Made by a program: the position numbers and the translations under genes. Shown here piece by piece: positions 9,101-22,530 of a DNA stretch of 64,000 nucleotides. The stretch is from an uncultured Chloroflexia bacterium (GTDB taxonomy: Bacteria; Chloroflexota; Limnocylindria; Limnocylindrales; CSP1-4). The notes below the pieces were generated by a model. It was not told where the DNA came from, made no database searches, and worked only from the letters and a program-made list of their open reading frames with translations. Location: positions 480,001 through 544,000 of the forward strand of contig CAWFXA010000002.1 in NCBI GenBank assembly GCA_963819655.1. The letters are read 5' to 3'. Positions within the stretch are counted from its first letter, which is position 1; each line of letters begins with the position of its first letter.

Positions 9101-12100
9101 TCAGCGGCCGTGGCACTTCTTGTATTTGGCCCCGGAGCCGCACCAGCACGGATCGTTGCGCCCGATGCGGGCGCCCGTCGGCGTGTAGCCCTGGCGGACT
9201 CCTGCGCCACCGCCCCGCCCCACCGCGCCACCACCCGCACCGTCACCGCCGAGCACAGGCCCGTCGCCGACCGACTCTCGGACGTTCCGGGCCAGGGGCG
9301 CGGCCGGGAGCGAGCCACGGACGACCGCCGAGCCAGGCGCGCGAGCCGCGCCGGACGTAGCGGCTCCGGCCGCCGCGGCCCCCGCCAGCGCTGGCTGCTG
9401 CAGGACGCCCGCGCCATTGCCGCTGGCTGGGCTCGTCAGCGCTGCGGCGCCCCGCGCCAGGGACTGGCCGAGTGCTGCGTCGGGCGGAGGCTGCTTCTGG
9501 ACGCTGACCCGGAAGATCGACGAAGCGACGCCGTGGCGGATGAGCCCGCGCAGCTCCTCGTACATCCGGAACGCCTCGCGCCGGAACTCGTTGAGCGGGT
9601 CCTGCTGCGCATACCCGCGCAAGCCGATGCCGCGGCGCATGTCGTCGACCTCGGTGAGGTGCTCGACCCACAGGGAATCGATCGTGCGCAGCAGAACGAT
9701 CCGCTCGACCTGCGCCCAGTCCTCTTCGCCGACCTCCGCCTCGCGTGCGTCCAGGCGATCATCGGCGAGCTCGCGCACGTAGTCAGCGATGTCATCGCGG
9801 CCGCCCTGGTCCCACAGCGTGTCGACGGACGTCTCAGGACCGCCGAGACCCATCGCGGTCAACGCGGCCGACAGGCCATCGACGTCCCAGGCGTCCGCGT
9901 CCTCGCCGGCGAGGTGGCCCTCGACGAGCGTATCGATCTCCTCGTCGAGGAACGCCCGCACCGTCTCAGTCAGGTCCTCGTTCTTGAGGACCTTGTCGCG
10001 CTCCGCGTAGATCGTCTCGCGTTGCTTGTTGATGACGTCGTCGAACTCGACGACGCGCTTGCGGATGTCGAAGTTGAAGCCCTCGACGCGGCTCTGGGCG
10101 CTCTCGATGGTCTTCGAGACGAGGCGCGATTCGATCGCGACGTCCTCCTCGAGCCCGAGCCGTTCCATGAGGCCGGTCACGCGGTCCGACGCGAAGCGCT
10201 TCATCAGGTCGTCGTCGAGCGACAGGTAGAACCGCGACGACCCGGGGTCGCCCTGGCGGCCGGCGCGGCCGCGCAGCTGGTTGTCGATCCGCCGCGAGTC
10301 GTGGCGCTCGGTGCCGATGATATGGAGCCCACCGGCGTCCACGACCCGGACATGCTCTTCGTCGGTGAGCGCCTTCGCCTCGTCGAGCGCCTCCTGGTAG
10401 GTGTCCGAGTCGACTTCGGCCGGGTTCAGCCCCTTGCGATGGAGCGCCTCTGATGCCAGCCCCGCCGGGTTGCCGCCGAGCAGGATGTCGGTTCCGCGGC
10501 CGGCCATGTTCGTGGCGATCGTCACCGCGCCGGTCCGACCGGCCTGGGCCACGATCCCCGACTCCTTCTCGTGGAACTTGGCGTTCAGCGTCTCGTGCTT
10601 GATGCCGCGGCGCTTGAGCATCGCCGAGAGGATCTCGGACTTCTCGACGCTGATCGTGCCGACGAGGACCGGCCGGCCGGCCTCCTGCACCTCGACGATC
10701 TCGTCGATCAGCGCGTTGAACTTGGCCTTCTCGTCGCGGAACACGAGGTCCGCGTCATCGTCGCGGATCATGTCGCGGTGCGTCGGGATCGCGACGACCT
10801 CGAGCTTGTAGATCTTGTGGAACTCCTCGGCCTCGGTCATCGCGGTGCCGGTCATGCCCGACAGCTTGTCGTAGAGGCGGAAGTAGTTCTGGAACGTGAT
10901 CGTGGCGAGCGTCACGCTCTCGCGCTGGACGCGCAGGCCCTCCTTCGCCTCGATCGCCTGATGGAGCCCTTCGCTCCAGCGGCGGCCCGGCATCTGACGC
11001 CCGGTGAACTCGTCGACGATGACGATCTCGCCGTCCTTGACGATGTAGTCGCGGTCGCGCTTGTACAGCGCGTGGGCGCGCAGCGCCTGCTCGAAATGGC
11101 GGGCAAGCCGCGGGTCCGCGTCGTACATGTTCTCGACGCCGAGGAAGCCCTCCATCTTGTGGATGCCCTCTTCGGTCGGGCTGACGGCGCGGTCCTTCAG
11201 GTCGATGAAGTAGTCGCCGCCTTCCTCGTCCCCCTCGGGCCGTTCCTTGAGGCGCGGGACGAGCCTCGCGAACGTGAAGTAGAGATCGGCCGACTCCTCG
11301 GCCTGACCCGAGATGATCAGCGGGGTCCGTGCCTCGTCGATGAGGATGTTGTCGACCTCGTCGACGATGGCGAAGCTGCGCTCGCGCTGCACGCGCTGCG
11401 TCAGGTCGACCACCATGTTGTCGCGCAGGTAATCGAACCCGAACTCGTTGTTCGTGCCGTACGTCACGTCCGCGGCATACGCCTCGCTCCGCTCGACCGG
11501 GCGGAGGTTGATGAGCCGCTCGTCGGATGTCGGGTAGCCGGGCTCGAACAGGTACGACGCGTCGTGCGTGATCATCCCGACGCTGACGCCGAGGAAGTCG
11601 TAGATCGGGCCCATCCACTGTGGGTCGCGGCGGGCCAGGTAGTCGTTGACCGTGACGATGTGGACGCCCCGCCCGGTCAGCGCGTTGAGGATCGCGGCCA
11701 GGGGTGCGACCAGCGTCTTCCCCTCGCCGGTCCGCATCTCCGCGATGCGGCCCTGGTGGAGCACCGCGCCACCGATGAGCTGGACGTCGAAATGGCGCAT
11801 GTCGAGCGTCCGCTTCATGGCCTCGCGGGTCATTGCGAAGACCTCGGGCAGGACGTCGTCGAGCGCCTTCTGCAGGCGTTCGTTCTCTCGCGCGCGGCGC
11901 GCCTTGGTCAGCTCGCGGCGGCGCTCGAGGTCCTCGTGGTGGAGCTCGTCGTCGGACGGCTCCTCGGGCTCGGCGGCCGCGCGCACCTCGTCGCGGATCT
12001 CGCCGATCTGGGTGCGGATCTGCTCGGGCGACATGCCCTCGAATTCGGCTTCGAGCGCATTGGCCTCGTCGACCCAGGGTTGGATGCGTCGGAGCTCGCG

Positions 12101-12136
12101 GTCGTTCGAGTCGACGAAACGGGAAAGGAACTTCAT
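9101..12136 (-). CDS. secA: preprotein translocase ATPase SecA
   Basis: MRTGEGKT, DEVD, ATNMAGRGTDI, QLRGRAGRQGDPG, C-terminal GRNDPCWCGSGAKYKKCHG; start at ATG 12136. Confidence 0.98.
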   Translation of the reverse strand: MKFLSRFVDSNDRELRRIQPWVDEANALEAEFEGMSPEQIRTQIGEIRDEVRAAAEPEEPSDDELHHEDLERRRELTKARRARENERLQKALDDVLPEVFAMTREAMKRTLDMRHFDVQLIGGAVLHQGRIAEMRTGEGKTLVAPLAAILNALTGRGVHIVTVNDYLARRDPQWMGPIYDFLGVSVGMITHDASYLFEPGYPTSDERLINLRPVERSEAYAADVTYGTNNEFGFDYLRDNMVVDLTQRVQRERSFAIVDEVDNILIDEARTPLIISGQAEESADLYFTFARLVPRLKERPEGDEEGGDYFIDLKDRAVSPTEEGIHKMEGFLGVENMYDADPRLARHFEQALRAHALYKRDRDYIVKDGEIVIVDEFTGRQMPGRRWSEGLHQAIEAKEGLRVQRESVTLATITFQNYFRLYDKLSGMTGTAMTEAEEFHKIYKLEVVAIPTHRDMIRDDDADLVFRDEKAKFNALIDEIVEVQEAGRPVLVGTISVEKSEILSAMLKRRGIKHETLNAKFHEKESGIVAQAGRTGAVTIATNMAGRGTDILLGGNPAGLASEALHRKGLNPAEVDSDTYQEALDEAKALTDEEHVRVVDAGGLHIIGTERHDSRRIDNQLRGRAGRQGDPGSSRFYLSLDDDLMKRFASDRVTGLMERLGLEEDVAIESRLVSKTIESAQSRVEGFNFDIRKRVVEFDDVINKQRETIYAERDKVLKNEDLTETVRAFLDEEIDTLVEGHLAGEDADAWDVDGLSAALTAMGLGGPETSVDTLWDQGGRDDIADYVRELADDRLDAREAEVGEEDWAQVERIVLLRTIDSLWVEHLTEVDDMRRGIGLRGYAQQDPLNEFRREAFRMYEELRGLIRHGVASSIFRVSVQKQPPPDAALGQSLARGAAALTSPASGNGAGVLQQPALAGAAAAGAATSGAARAPGSAVVRGSLPAAPLARNVRESVGDGPVLGGDGAGGGAVGRGGGAGVRQGYTPTGARIGRNDPCWCGSGAKYKKCHGR

Positions 12137-12218
12137 GGGAGCGTGAGTATAGGCCGAGTAGGGCTGGATCCCGGTTCGGGGCACCGGATCGGGCTCGGGC
12201 CGGGCTCGGGCCGGTCGC

Positions 12219-12530
12219 CGATGTCACTCCCAGATGCACATTTATGACGAATGAGCACGGCGGACTGCCGGATTCGACAGTTTCTGTCGATTCTTGGGGT
12301 CGACCGTGCACGTTCGTCTGAAAACCGTCACTCACAGGAACACACGGTCGAGTCTTCCTTCGAGCCCGGCTCGGCGACCCCGCTCAGCGGCCTTTTCGGA
12401 ACCCAGCGATGTCACCCTGAGACACACGTCTGGACCGAATGAGCACGCGCCGATCGCTCAGGATGCGCCTTTCGTGACGTCTGGGCGATCGATCGTGCAC
12501 GGCTGTGCGAATCGCGTGTCTGACACAGAC
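12219..12530. repeat. two degenerate ~120-bp palindromic elements, period 188 bp
   Basis: GATGTCAC-N20-CGAATGAGCACG-N41/42-CGA(C/T)CGTGCACG at 12220 and 12408. Confidence 0.6.
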
Positions 12531-12569
12531 AGCGCCCGGTCGGTCAGACCGGAGTTCGCGGTCGGAGGA

Positions 12570-12836
12570 TCAGCTCCCGACGGGAGTGACGGACCAGAAC
12601 CCGGTGCCGTACCCGATGACGAGGATGGCGAACGTCAGGACGGCCAGCCCGAGCCAGAACATGACCGCCATGAACCGCGACGTCGGGTTCATCTCGGGGT
12701 TCTTGAGGTCCGGCAGGCGACGTCGGCGGAGACCGCTGCCCCAACGCGGCGAGCGGAGCTGGGCTTGCCAGTCGGGCTCGGACGGCTGTGGCTCGAGACC
12801 GCCTTCGTCGTCGCGTCGGTGGAGCTGCAGGCTCAT
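12570..12836 (-). CDS. small membrane hypothetical protein (88 aa)
   Basis: ATG overlaps prs stop; one C-terminal hydrophobic helix (MAVMFWLGLAVLTFAILVIGYG). Confidence 0.7.
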   Translation of the reverse strand: MSLQLHRRDDEGGLEPQPSEPDWQAQLRSPRWGSGLRRRRLPDLKNPEMNPTSRFMAVMFWLGLAVLTFAILVIGYGTGFWSVTPVGS

Positions 12837-13951
12837 CGGTCGGATGGTACGGCCGCGGCGAGGGTGCCTGTTGAGGGCTCCCCGTCGTCTGCGCCGCCGT
12901 CGTCCGACGTGGGAGGTCCGCCAGGGCCGTCGGAGCCCTCGTCCCAGAGCAGCATCTCCTGGGTGAACGACACCTCGCTCGAGAACAGCGCCCCGACCGA
13001 CTCGCCACGGTGGATGCGCTTGATCGCCTCGCCGATGAGCGGTGCGACCGACAGCGTCGTCAGCTTCGGGATGCGCTTCGATGGCGCGAGCGGCACGGAG
13101 TCGGTGACGACGACCTCGCGCAGCGAGCTCTCGCGGATCCGCTCGATGGCAGGATCGCTCAGCACGCCGTGCGTGGCACAGGCGTACATCTCGGTCACGC
13201 CTTCGCGTTCGAGCGCGCGGACGATCTCGACGAGCGTGCCCGCCGTGTCGATCTCGTCGTCGACGATGATCGCCCGCTTGCCGCGGACCTCGCCGATGAC
13301 GTTCATGAGCTCGGCGCGGTCGAGGTTGCCGATCCGGCGCTTCTCGATGATCGCCAACGGCGCGTCGAGCAGCTCGGCAAAGGCGCGCGCCCGCTTGGCG
13401 AACCCGAGGTCGGTCACGATCACGAGGTCGTCGAGCCGCTTGTCGATGAAATAGCGCGACAGCATGTGGACGGCGGTGAGCTCGTCGACCGGGATATTGA
13501 AGAAGCCCTGGATCTGACCCTGATGGAGGTCCATCGACAGCACCCGGTCGGCGCCGGCCACCGTGATCATGTCGGCGATCAGCCGGGCCGTGATCGGGAC
13601 ACGCGGCTGGTCCTTCTTGTCCGACCGGCCGTACGCGTAGAACGGGATGACAGCCGTGATCCGGCCGGCCGACGCCCGCTTGAACGCGTCGATCATGATC
13701 AGCAGCTCCATGATCGACTGGTTGACCGGGTGCGACGTCGGCTGGACGAGGAATACGTCCTTCTCGCGAACGTTGTCGAGGATCTTGACGAAGATGTTCT
13801 CGTTCGCGAACTGGAAGACCTCGGCCTTCCCGCATTCCATGCCCAGATAGCGCGCGATCTTGCGCGCGAGGTCGGGGTTGGCGTTGCCGTGGTAGATCTC
13901 GAACTGGTCCGCGTACAAGGACGCCGCCTCCCGCTGGCCGAAGACCGTCAC
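12833..13951 (-). CDS. prs: ribose-phosphate pyrophosphokinase
   Basis: [47 protein letters not shown]. Confidence 0.97.
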   Translation of the reverse strand: MTVFGQREAASLYADQFEIYHGNANPDLARKIARYLGMECGKAEVFQFANENIFVKILDNVREKDVFLVQPTSHPVNQSIMELLIMIDAFKRASAGRITAVIPFYAYGRSDKKDQPRVPITARLIADMITVAGADRVLSMDLHQGQIQGFFNIPVDELTAVHMLSRYFIDKRLDDLVIVTDLGFAKRARAFAELLDAPLAIIEKRRIGNLDRAELMNVIGEVRGKRAIIVDDEIDTAGTLVEIVRALEREGVTEMYACATHGVLSDPAIERIRESSLREVVVTDSVPLAPSKRIPKLTTLSVAPLIGEAIKRIHRGESVGALFSSEVSFTQEMLLWDEGSDGPGGPPTSDDGGADDGEPSTGTLAAAVPSDR

Positions 13952-16518
13952 ACCGCGCCGCCGTTCGGGCCTGCCTGACCGGGGCCACCCGTTTCGGGGG
14001 CGTCATCGTCGCCCATGCCGTCGCGGTCCGCAAGTCCGGGGCTGAAGGCTGCGATGGCGGCCACGCTGTCGCCCTCGGCCAAGCGCATCACGATGACGCC
14101 ACGTGCCTGCGACGAGTAGCGGTTGATGGTGTTGGTCTCGGTCCGGATGACCTGGCCGCCCTGCGAGATGAGCACGAGCTCCTCGTCCTCCTCGGTGACC
14201 TGCTGGACGGCCGCCACGAGACCGGTCTTGCGACCCTCGAGAGCGATCAGCCGGACGCCCTGGCCGCCACGGTGCTTCCGCCGGAAGTCGCCGATCGCGA
14301 CGCGCTTGCCGTAGCCGGTCTCGGTCAGGACGAGCAGGTCCGCCTCCGGCTCGACGACGCTCATCGCCACCACACTGTCACCCTCGCGCTTGAGCAGCCG
14401 GATGCCGATGACACCTGCCGCATCGCGGCCCATCGGTCGTACCTCGTCCTCCTCGAAGCGGGCGAGCATCCCCTGCGCCGTCGCGATGATGATGTCGTCA
14501 CCCCCGCCCGAGACGTCGACCCAGGCGAGCTCGTCATCGTCGTTGATGGTGATCGCCCGGATGCCGGTCGAGCGGACCCGCTCGAACTGTTCGAGCGGCG
14601 TCTTCTTGATGATGCCCTTGCGGGTGGCCATGACCAGGAAGTGCCCGGGCTCGAAGTTCGGGAGCACGATCGTCGCCACCGGTACCTCACCCGCTTCGAC
14701 CTGGACGCCCGGCAGATTGATGATCGCCATGCCCTTGGCCTGCCGGGAGGCGTCGGGGATGGCATGGACCTTGGCGCTGAAGACGCGGCCGCGATTCGTG
14801 AAGAACAGGGCATAGTCGTGGGTGTTCGCGACCAGGAGGTGCTCGACGGCGTCCTCCTCGCGCGTGACGTGACCGATGATCCCCTTGCCACCGCGATGCT
14901 GGCGGCGGTAGGTCGCGACCGGCTGGCGCTTGATGTAGCCGCGCCCGGAGATCGTCACCACGACGTCCTCGTCGGCGATCAGGTCCTCGTCGGTCATCTC
15001 GCGGCTCGAGTCGTCCGCGACGCGGGTCCGGCGCTCGCCCGCGTACTTGCGCTTCAGCTCGGTGAGCTCGTCCTTGATGATCGTGAGCACGCGTGCCGGA
15101 TTGGCGAGGATGTCCTCGAGCTCGGCGATGAGCTGGATGACCGCGAGGTACTCGTCCTCGATCTTCTTGCGCTCGAGTGCGGCGAGGCGGGCTAGGCGCA
15201 TGTCGAGGATCGCCTGGGCCTGCAGCTCCGACAGGTCGAAGCGCGCCATGAGGTTGTCCCGCGCGACGTCGACGTCGGCCGACTCGCGGATCGTCTTGAT
15301 GACCGCGTCGAGGTGGTCGAGGGCGATCTTGAGGCCCTCGAGGATGTGCGCCCGCGCGCGCGCCTTGCCGAGGTCGAACTCGGTGCGCCGGCGGACGATC
15401 TCCTTGCGATGCTCGACGTAGTGCTCGAGCACGCTGCGCAGGGGTAGCGTCTGCGGCTGCCCGTCGACGAGCGCCAGCATGTTCATGTTGAAGGCGAGCT
15501 GCATCGGGGTGTGCTTGAACAGGTTGTTCAGCACCTTGTGCGGGTTGGCGTCGCGCTTGATCTCGACGTAGATGCGCATCCCGTCACGGTCGGACTCGTC
15601 GCGCAGGTCGGCGATGCCGTCGATGCGCTTGTCCTTGACGAGGTCGGCGATCTTCTCGAGCAGCGCCGCCTTGTTCACCTGGTACGGCAGCTCGGTGACG
15701 ATGATCGCCATCCGATCGCCACGGACCTCCTCGAACGCGACTTGCGCACGCATCACGACCCGCCCGCGGCCGTGCGCGTACATCTGCCGGATCGCGTCGA
15801 CGGTCTCCCATTCGCCGGTCAGGACGTTGCGCTGCTTCTCGAACCGGAAGATTGTGCCGCCGGTCGGGAAGTCCGGTCCGAGCACGAACTTGCACAGGTC
15901 GTCCGAGGTCAGCTCGGGGTCGTCGAGCAGGGCGATCGTCGCGTCGACGATCTCGCCGAGATGGTGCGGCGGGATGTTCGTCGCCATCCCGACGGCGATC
16001 CCGGTCGAGCCGTTGACGAGCAGGTTGGGCAGCTTGGCCGGCAGGACCGACGGCTGCTTCTGCGTCCCGTCGTAGTTCTCGACGAAGTCGACCGTCTCCT
16101 TGTCGATATCGGCGAGCATCTCCGACGCGATCGCCGTCAAGCGAGCCTCGGTGTAGCGCATCGCCGCGGCGTCGTCGCCGTCGACCGACCCGAAGTTGCC
16201 CTGCCCATCGACGAGCGGGTAGCGCATCGAGAAGTCCTGGGCGAGGCGCACGAGGGCGTCGTAGATCGCGCCATCGCCGTGCGGGTGGTACTTGCCCATG
16301 ACCTCGCCGACGACCGCCGCGCACTTGCGGAACGAGCTGGTCGATGACAGGCCCATCTCGCCCATCGTGTAGAGGATCCGGCGGTGGACCGGCTTGAGGC
16401 CGTCGCGCACGTCCGGCAACGCGCGGGAGACGATCACGCTCATCGCGTAGTCGAGGTACGAGACGCGCATCTCGTCCTCGATCCGGATGGCTCGGACGTC
16501 GCCCAGGTCGTCGGTCAC
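13948..16518 (-). CDS. gyrA: DNA gyrase subunit A
   Basis: [23 protein letters not shown], GyrA-box QHRGGKG, pinwheel repeats. Confidence 0.98.
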   Translation of the reverse strand: MTDDLGDVRAIRIEDEMRVSYLDYAMSVIVSRALPDVRDGLKPVHRRILYTMGEMGLSSTSSFRKCAAVVGEVMGKYHPHGDGAIYDALVRLAQDFSMRYPLVDGQGNFGSVDGDDAAAMRYTEARLTAIASEMLADIDKETVDFVENYDGTQKQPSVLPAKLPNLLVNGSTGIAVGMATNIPPHHLGEIVDATIALLDDPELTSDDLCKFVLGPDFPTGGTIFRFEKQRNVLTGEWETVDAIRQMYAHGRGRVVMRAQVAFEEVRGDRMAIIVTELPYQVNKAALLEKIADLVKDKRIDGIADLRDESDRDGMRIYVEIKRDANPHKVLNNLFKHTPMQLAFNMNMLALVDGQPQTLPLRSVLEHYVEHRKEIVRRRTEFDLGKARARAHILEGLKIALDHLDAVIKTIRESADVDVARDNLMARFDLSELQAQAILDMRLARLAALERKKIEDEYLAVIQLIAELEDILANPARVLTIIKDELTELKRKYAGERRTRVADDSSREMTDEDLIADEDVVVTISGRGYIKRQPVATYRRQHRGGKGIIGHVTREEDAVEHLLVANTHDYALFFTNRGRVFSAKVHAIPDASRQAKGMAIINLPGVQVEAGEVPVATIVLPNFEPGHFLVMATRKGIIKKTPLEQFERVRSTGIRAITINDDDELAWVDVSGGGDDIIIATAQGMLARFEEDEVRPMGRDAAGVIGIRLLKREGDSVVAMSVVEPEADLLVLTETGYGKRVAIGDFRRKHRGGQGVRLIALEGRKTGLVAAVQQVTEEDEELVLISQGGQVIRTETNTINRYSSQARGVIVMRLAEGDSVAAIAAFSPGLADRDGMGDDDAPETGGPGQAGPNGGAV

Positions 16519-16534
16519 GGTCGGCTACTCCTGA

Positions 16535-17514
16535 TCAGGTCAGCGGGGGTTCAGGGTGGTGGGCGGGGTCCGGCAACCCACCGAAGCGGGACGCGACGTC
16601 GGCGGCGGCGGACGTGGACGGAGCGCCGGGCCGTCGGCGGATCCCGGCTAGGCGGGCGCGGATGTCGTCGGCGTCGCTGGCATCCAGTTTGGACAGGCTG
16701 TCGCGGATGACCCATGCGCGGTGGCCATCGTCGCTGGCCGCGGCCCGGTCCGCCTCGGCACGGAGGACTGCAGTCGTTCGCTCACGGTCGATCTGCGCGA
16801 GCGAGCGATACGCCCACGACAGGGCCTTCTGGACGTCGGGCTCGGCGTCGCCCATCAGTTGCCCGAGCAGCGGCAGTGCATGGTCGACGACTTCGGGACC
16901 CCGGCCGGATCGCCGGTTGCCGTGGGTCATCGTCGCGATCGTCGAGCCGACGAGGCGGCGCTCCCAGCGCGACGGGGAGAAGACGAGCTGTTCGAGCTCG
17001 GCCCAGCGATAGGGCTCGGCGGCGATGCCGGTGCCGTACGGATGGGCCAGATCGTCGACGGTGATCCAGTCGGCAGCCTCGCGGGCAGCGCGGCGGAGGA
17101 GCTGCCACGTCCGCTCTGGCTCGGACGCGAGCGTCCGTTCCAGGATCGCGAAGGCGAACCAGCGGGCTTCGAGGTGCTCCTCGCGGAACAGGCGATCGGC
17201 GACGAACAGCAACGGGGTCGGGCGGTCGCGGCGGGTCGCCTGCCGGAAACCGCGGATGACGGCCGCGAGCAATGGCCAGCGGACACCGTATGTCGTGCCC
17301 AGACCCGGCGCTACGAACTGTTGGCCCGCGAGGTACTCGGGATCGGCCAGGGTGGCGAGGCCCTCGCGGAGCGCGTCGGCGAGCGCATCCGGATCCTGGA
17401 GGTCATCCGCCAACCTGACACCGAGAGCCTCGGCGGCCGGTTTGTGGTCGGCGACGAATGCGACGGCGCGGGCCGTCGTGGGGCTTGTCGGCCGCGCGGC
17501 CTCGCTGACGGCCG

Positions 17515-17518
<4 letters not shown>
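16535..17518 (-). CDS. DNA alkylation repair (AlkD-like HEAT repeat) protein
   Basis: ADWITVDDLA, SRWERRL, DAEPDVQKALSWAYR motifs. Confidence 0.75.
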
Positions 17519-20858
<3,340 letters not shown>

Positions 20859-20862
<4 letters not shown>

Positions 20863-21689
20863 GAGAGCACCGCCATGTCCCGCTCGAGCATCACGGGGAT
20901 CCCAACGAGATGGTCGGCCATGTGCCGGGCGTTGCGTGCCCGGAACTCTGATGCCAGTGCGGCGTACGCGAGACCGCCTCGCGACTCGGGCGCATATGTC
21001 GCGATCGACCGGCCGTGACTGGGCGCCTCGGACAGGCGCACGCTGCGCGGGATGACGGTGTCGTACACGGTCCCTGTCAGATGCCGTCGCACCTCGGATT
21101 CGACATCGGCGGAGAGATTCGTCCTGGCATCGGCCATCGTGAGGACGACGCCGTCGATCGCCAGTCGCGGATTGAGGTGGTCGCGAACGAGGTCGATGGT
21201 GGCCAGCAACTGGGTCAATCCCTCCAGGGCGTAGTACTCACATTGGAGCGGGATGAGAACCGCATCGGCGGCGGTCAAGGCGTTCACGGTCAGCAGACCG
21301 AGAGATGGCGGGCAATCGATGAAGATGACGTCGTAGTCGTTGCTGAGCGGCTCGAGGAGCCGACGTAGCCGGCGTTCCCGTGCCGAGGTCCCGGCGAGCT
21401 CGACCTCCGCACCTGCCAACGCGATGGCAGACGGGACGACGTCGACCCCCTCCGATGATCCACGGACGATCAGGTCGCGCAGGCCGACACCATCCATGAT
21501 GCCGTCATACGACGAACGCTCGAGAGTCGATCGGTCGATCCCGATACCACTTGTTGCGTTGCCCTGGGGGTCGAGATCGATGAGCAGGACCCGGTCGCCC
21601 GAGAGCGCGAGCAGGCTCGCCAGGTTCACCACCGTGGTGGTCTTACCGACGCCGCCTTTCTGGTTCGCGCACGCGATCGTCCGCCCCAC
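20859..21689 (-). CDS. parA: ParA/Soj ATPase
   Basis: NQKGGVGKTTT, DLDPQGNAT, IDCPPSLG, QCEYYALEG, RLSEAPSHG. Confidence 0.96.
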
Positions 21690-21839
21690 TCAGCGATCCG
21701 CTCGGAACAGTTTCACAGGTATCGATTCTACCATTGACGCCCGTTCGACCTCGGCTCGGAAGGGCCTTTGGCGGGAGGTCCGCAAGCGTGCCAGACGACG
21801 CGTAGCTGCCACTTATCGTGCGGGCCCCCCAAAAGGTTC

Positions 21840-21855
21840 CGTTTCACGTGAAACA
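21840..21855. promoter_or_regulatory. parS: parS centromere-like site
   Basis: CGTTTCACGTGAAACA, 15/16 match to consensus TGTTTCACGTGAAACA, 150 bp upstream of parA. Confidence 0.92.
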
Positions 21856-22029
21856 GGCTCGGGCGACGCTCGAGGCCCGGTGATCGGAGGGTCGCGAGGG
21901 GTCGTTGCCCGTTCGAGGACTCCGTGGGATACTCCGCCGAGACGTCGCCGCCGAATTGGTCGTGATGAAGAGCCGGGCAGGTGGGCGCGCGACCCTTCTG
22001 GCCGCTTCGCCGAGGAAACGACCCGTCCG

Positions 22030-22530
22030 ATGACCTTGCTCCTCGCTGCGGTCGGGGCGGTGGTGACAGCCCTGATCGAACTCACCGTGACCCCATACCT
22101 TCGGATCGGGTCGGCTCAACCCCACCCCGTTCTCGTGCTGGCGGTCATCGTCACGATCGCCGTCGGCCTCGAGGCCGGTATCGTCTGGGCCTTCGTGGGA
22201 GGGCTCGCACTTGATGTCCTTGCACAAAGACCACTCGGCTCGACCGCATTCGCCCTTTTGCTCTGCGTCGGCGGGGCCTCGCTTCTCGCGCGCTCCCTCG
22301 CTCACCTCCGACCGATCGTGCCGATCGTGGCCGTCTTCCTGCTCAGTCTCGGGTACTCGATGATCCTTTTCGCGACCTTCCGAGCCCTTGGTGCTCCGCC
22401 GCCCCCCACAGACCCGCTCACGATGGTGTTCCCGAGTGCCGTGTACGACGCGGTCCTGGGCGCGATCATCGGGCCGTTGACCGTCGCCGTGCATGATCGG
22501 CGGATAGAGCAGGAACGGGTCGACTGGTGA
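22030..22530 (+). CDS. mreD: rod shape-determining protein MreD
   Basis: Hydrophobic 166 aa, WAFVGGLALDVL..RPLG motif, directly upstream of mrdA. Confidence 0.88.
   Translation: MTLLLAAVGAVVTALIELTVTPYLRIGSAQPHPVLVLAVIVTIAVGLEAGIVWAFVGGLALDVLAQRPLGSTAFALLLCVGGASLLARSLAHLRPIVPIVAVFLLSLGYSMILFATFRALGAPPPPTDPLTMVFPSAVYDAVLGAIIGPLTVAVHDRRIEQERVDW

Noticed and set aside
7163-12247. Long antisense/alternate-frame ORFs (e.g. 7163-8926, 10571-12247; also 41702-43789)
   Set aside because: Shadow ORFs expected from high-GC codon bias opposite well-supported genes
12219-12530. CRISPR array
   Set aside because: Only two long degenerate units, wrong period, no cas genes
21690-22029. oriC call
   Set aside because: No DnaA boxes or AT-rich unwinding element visible; kept only as a weaker finding
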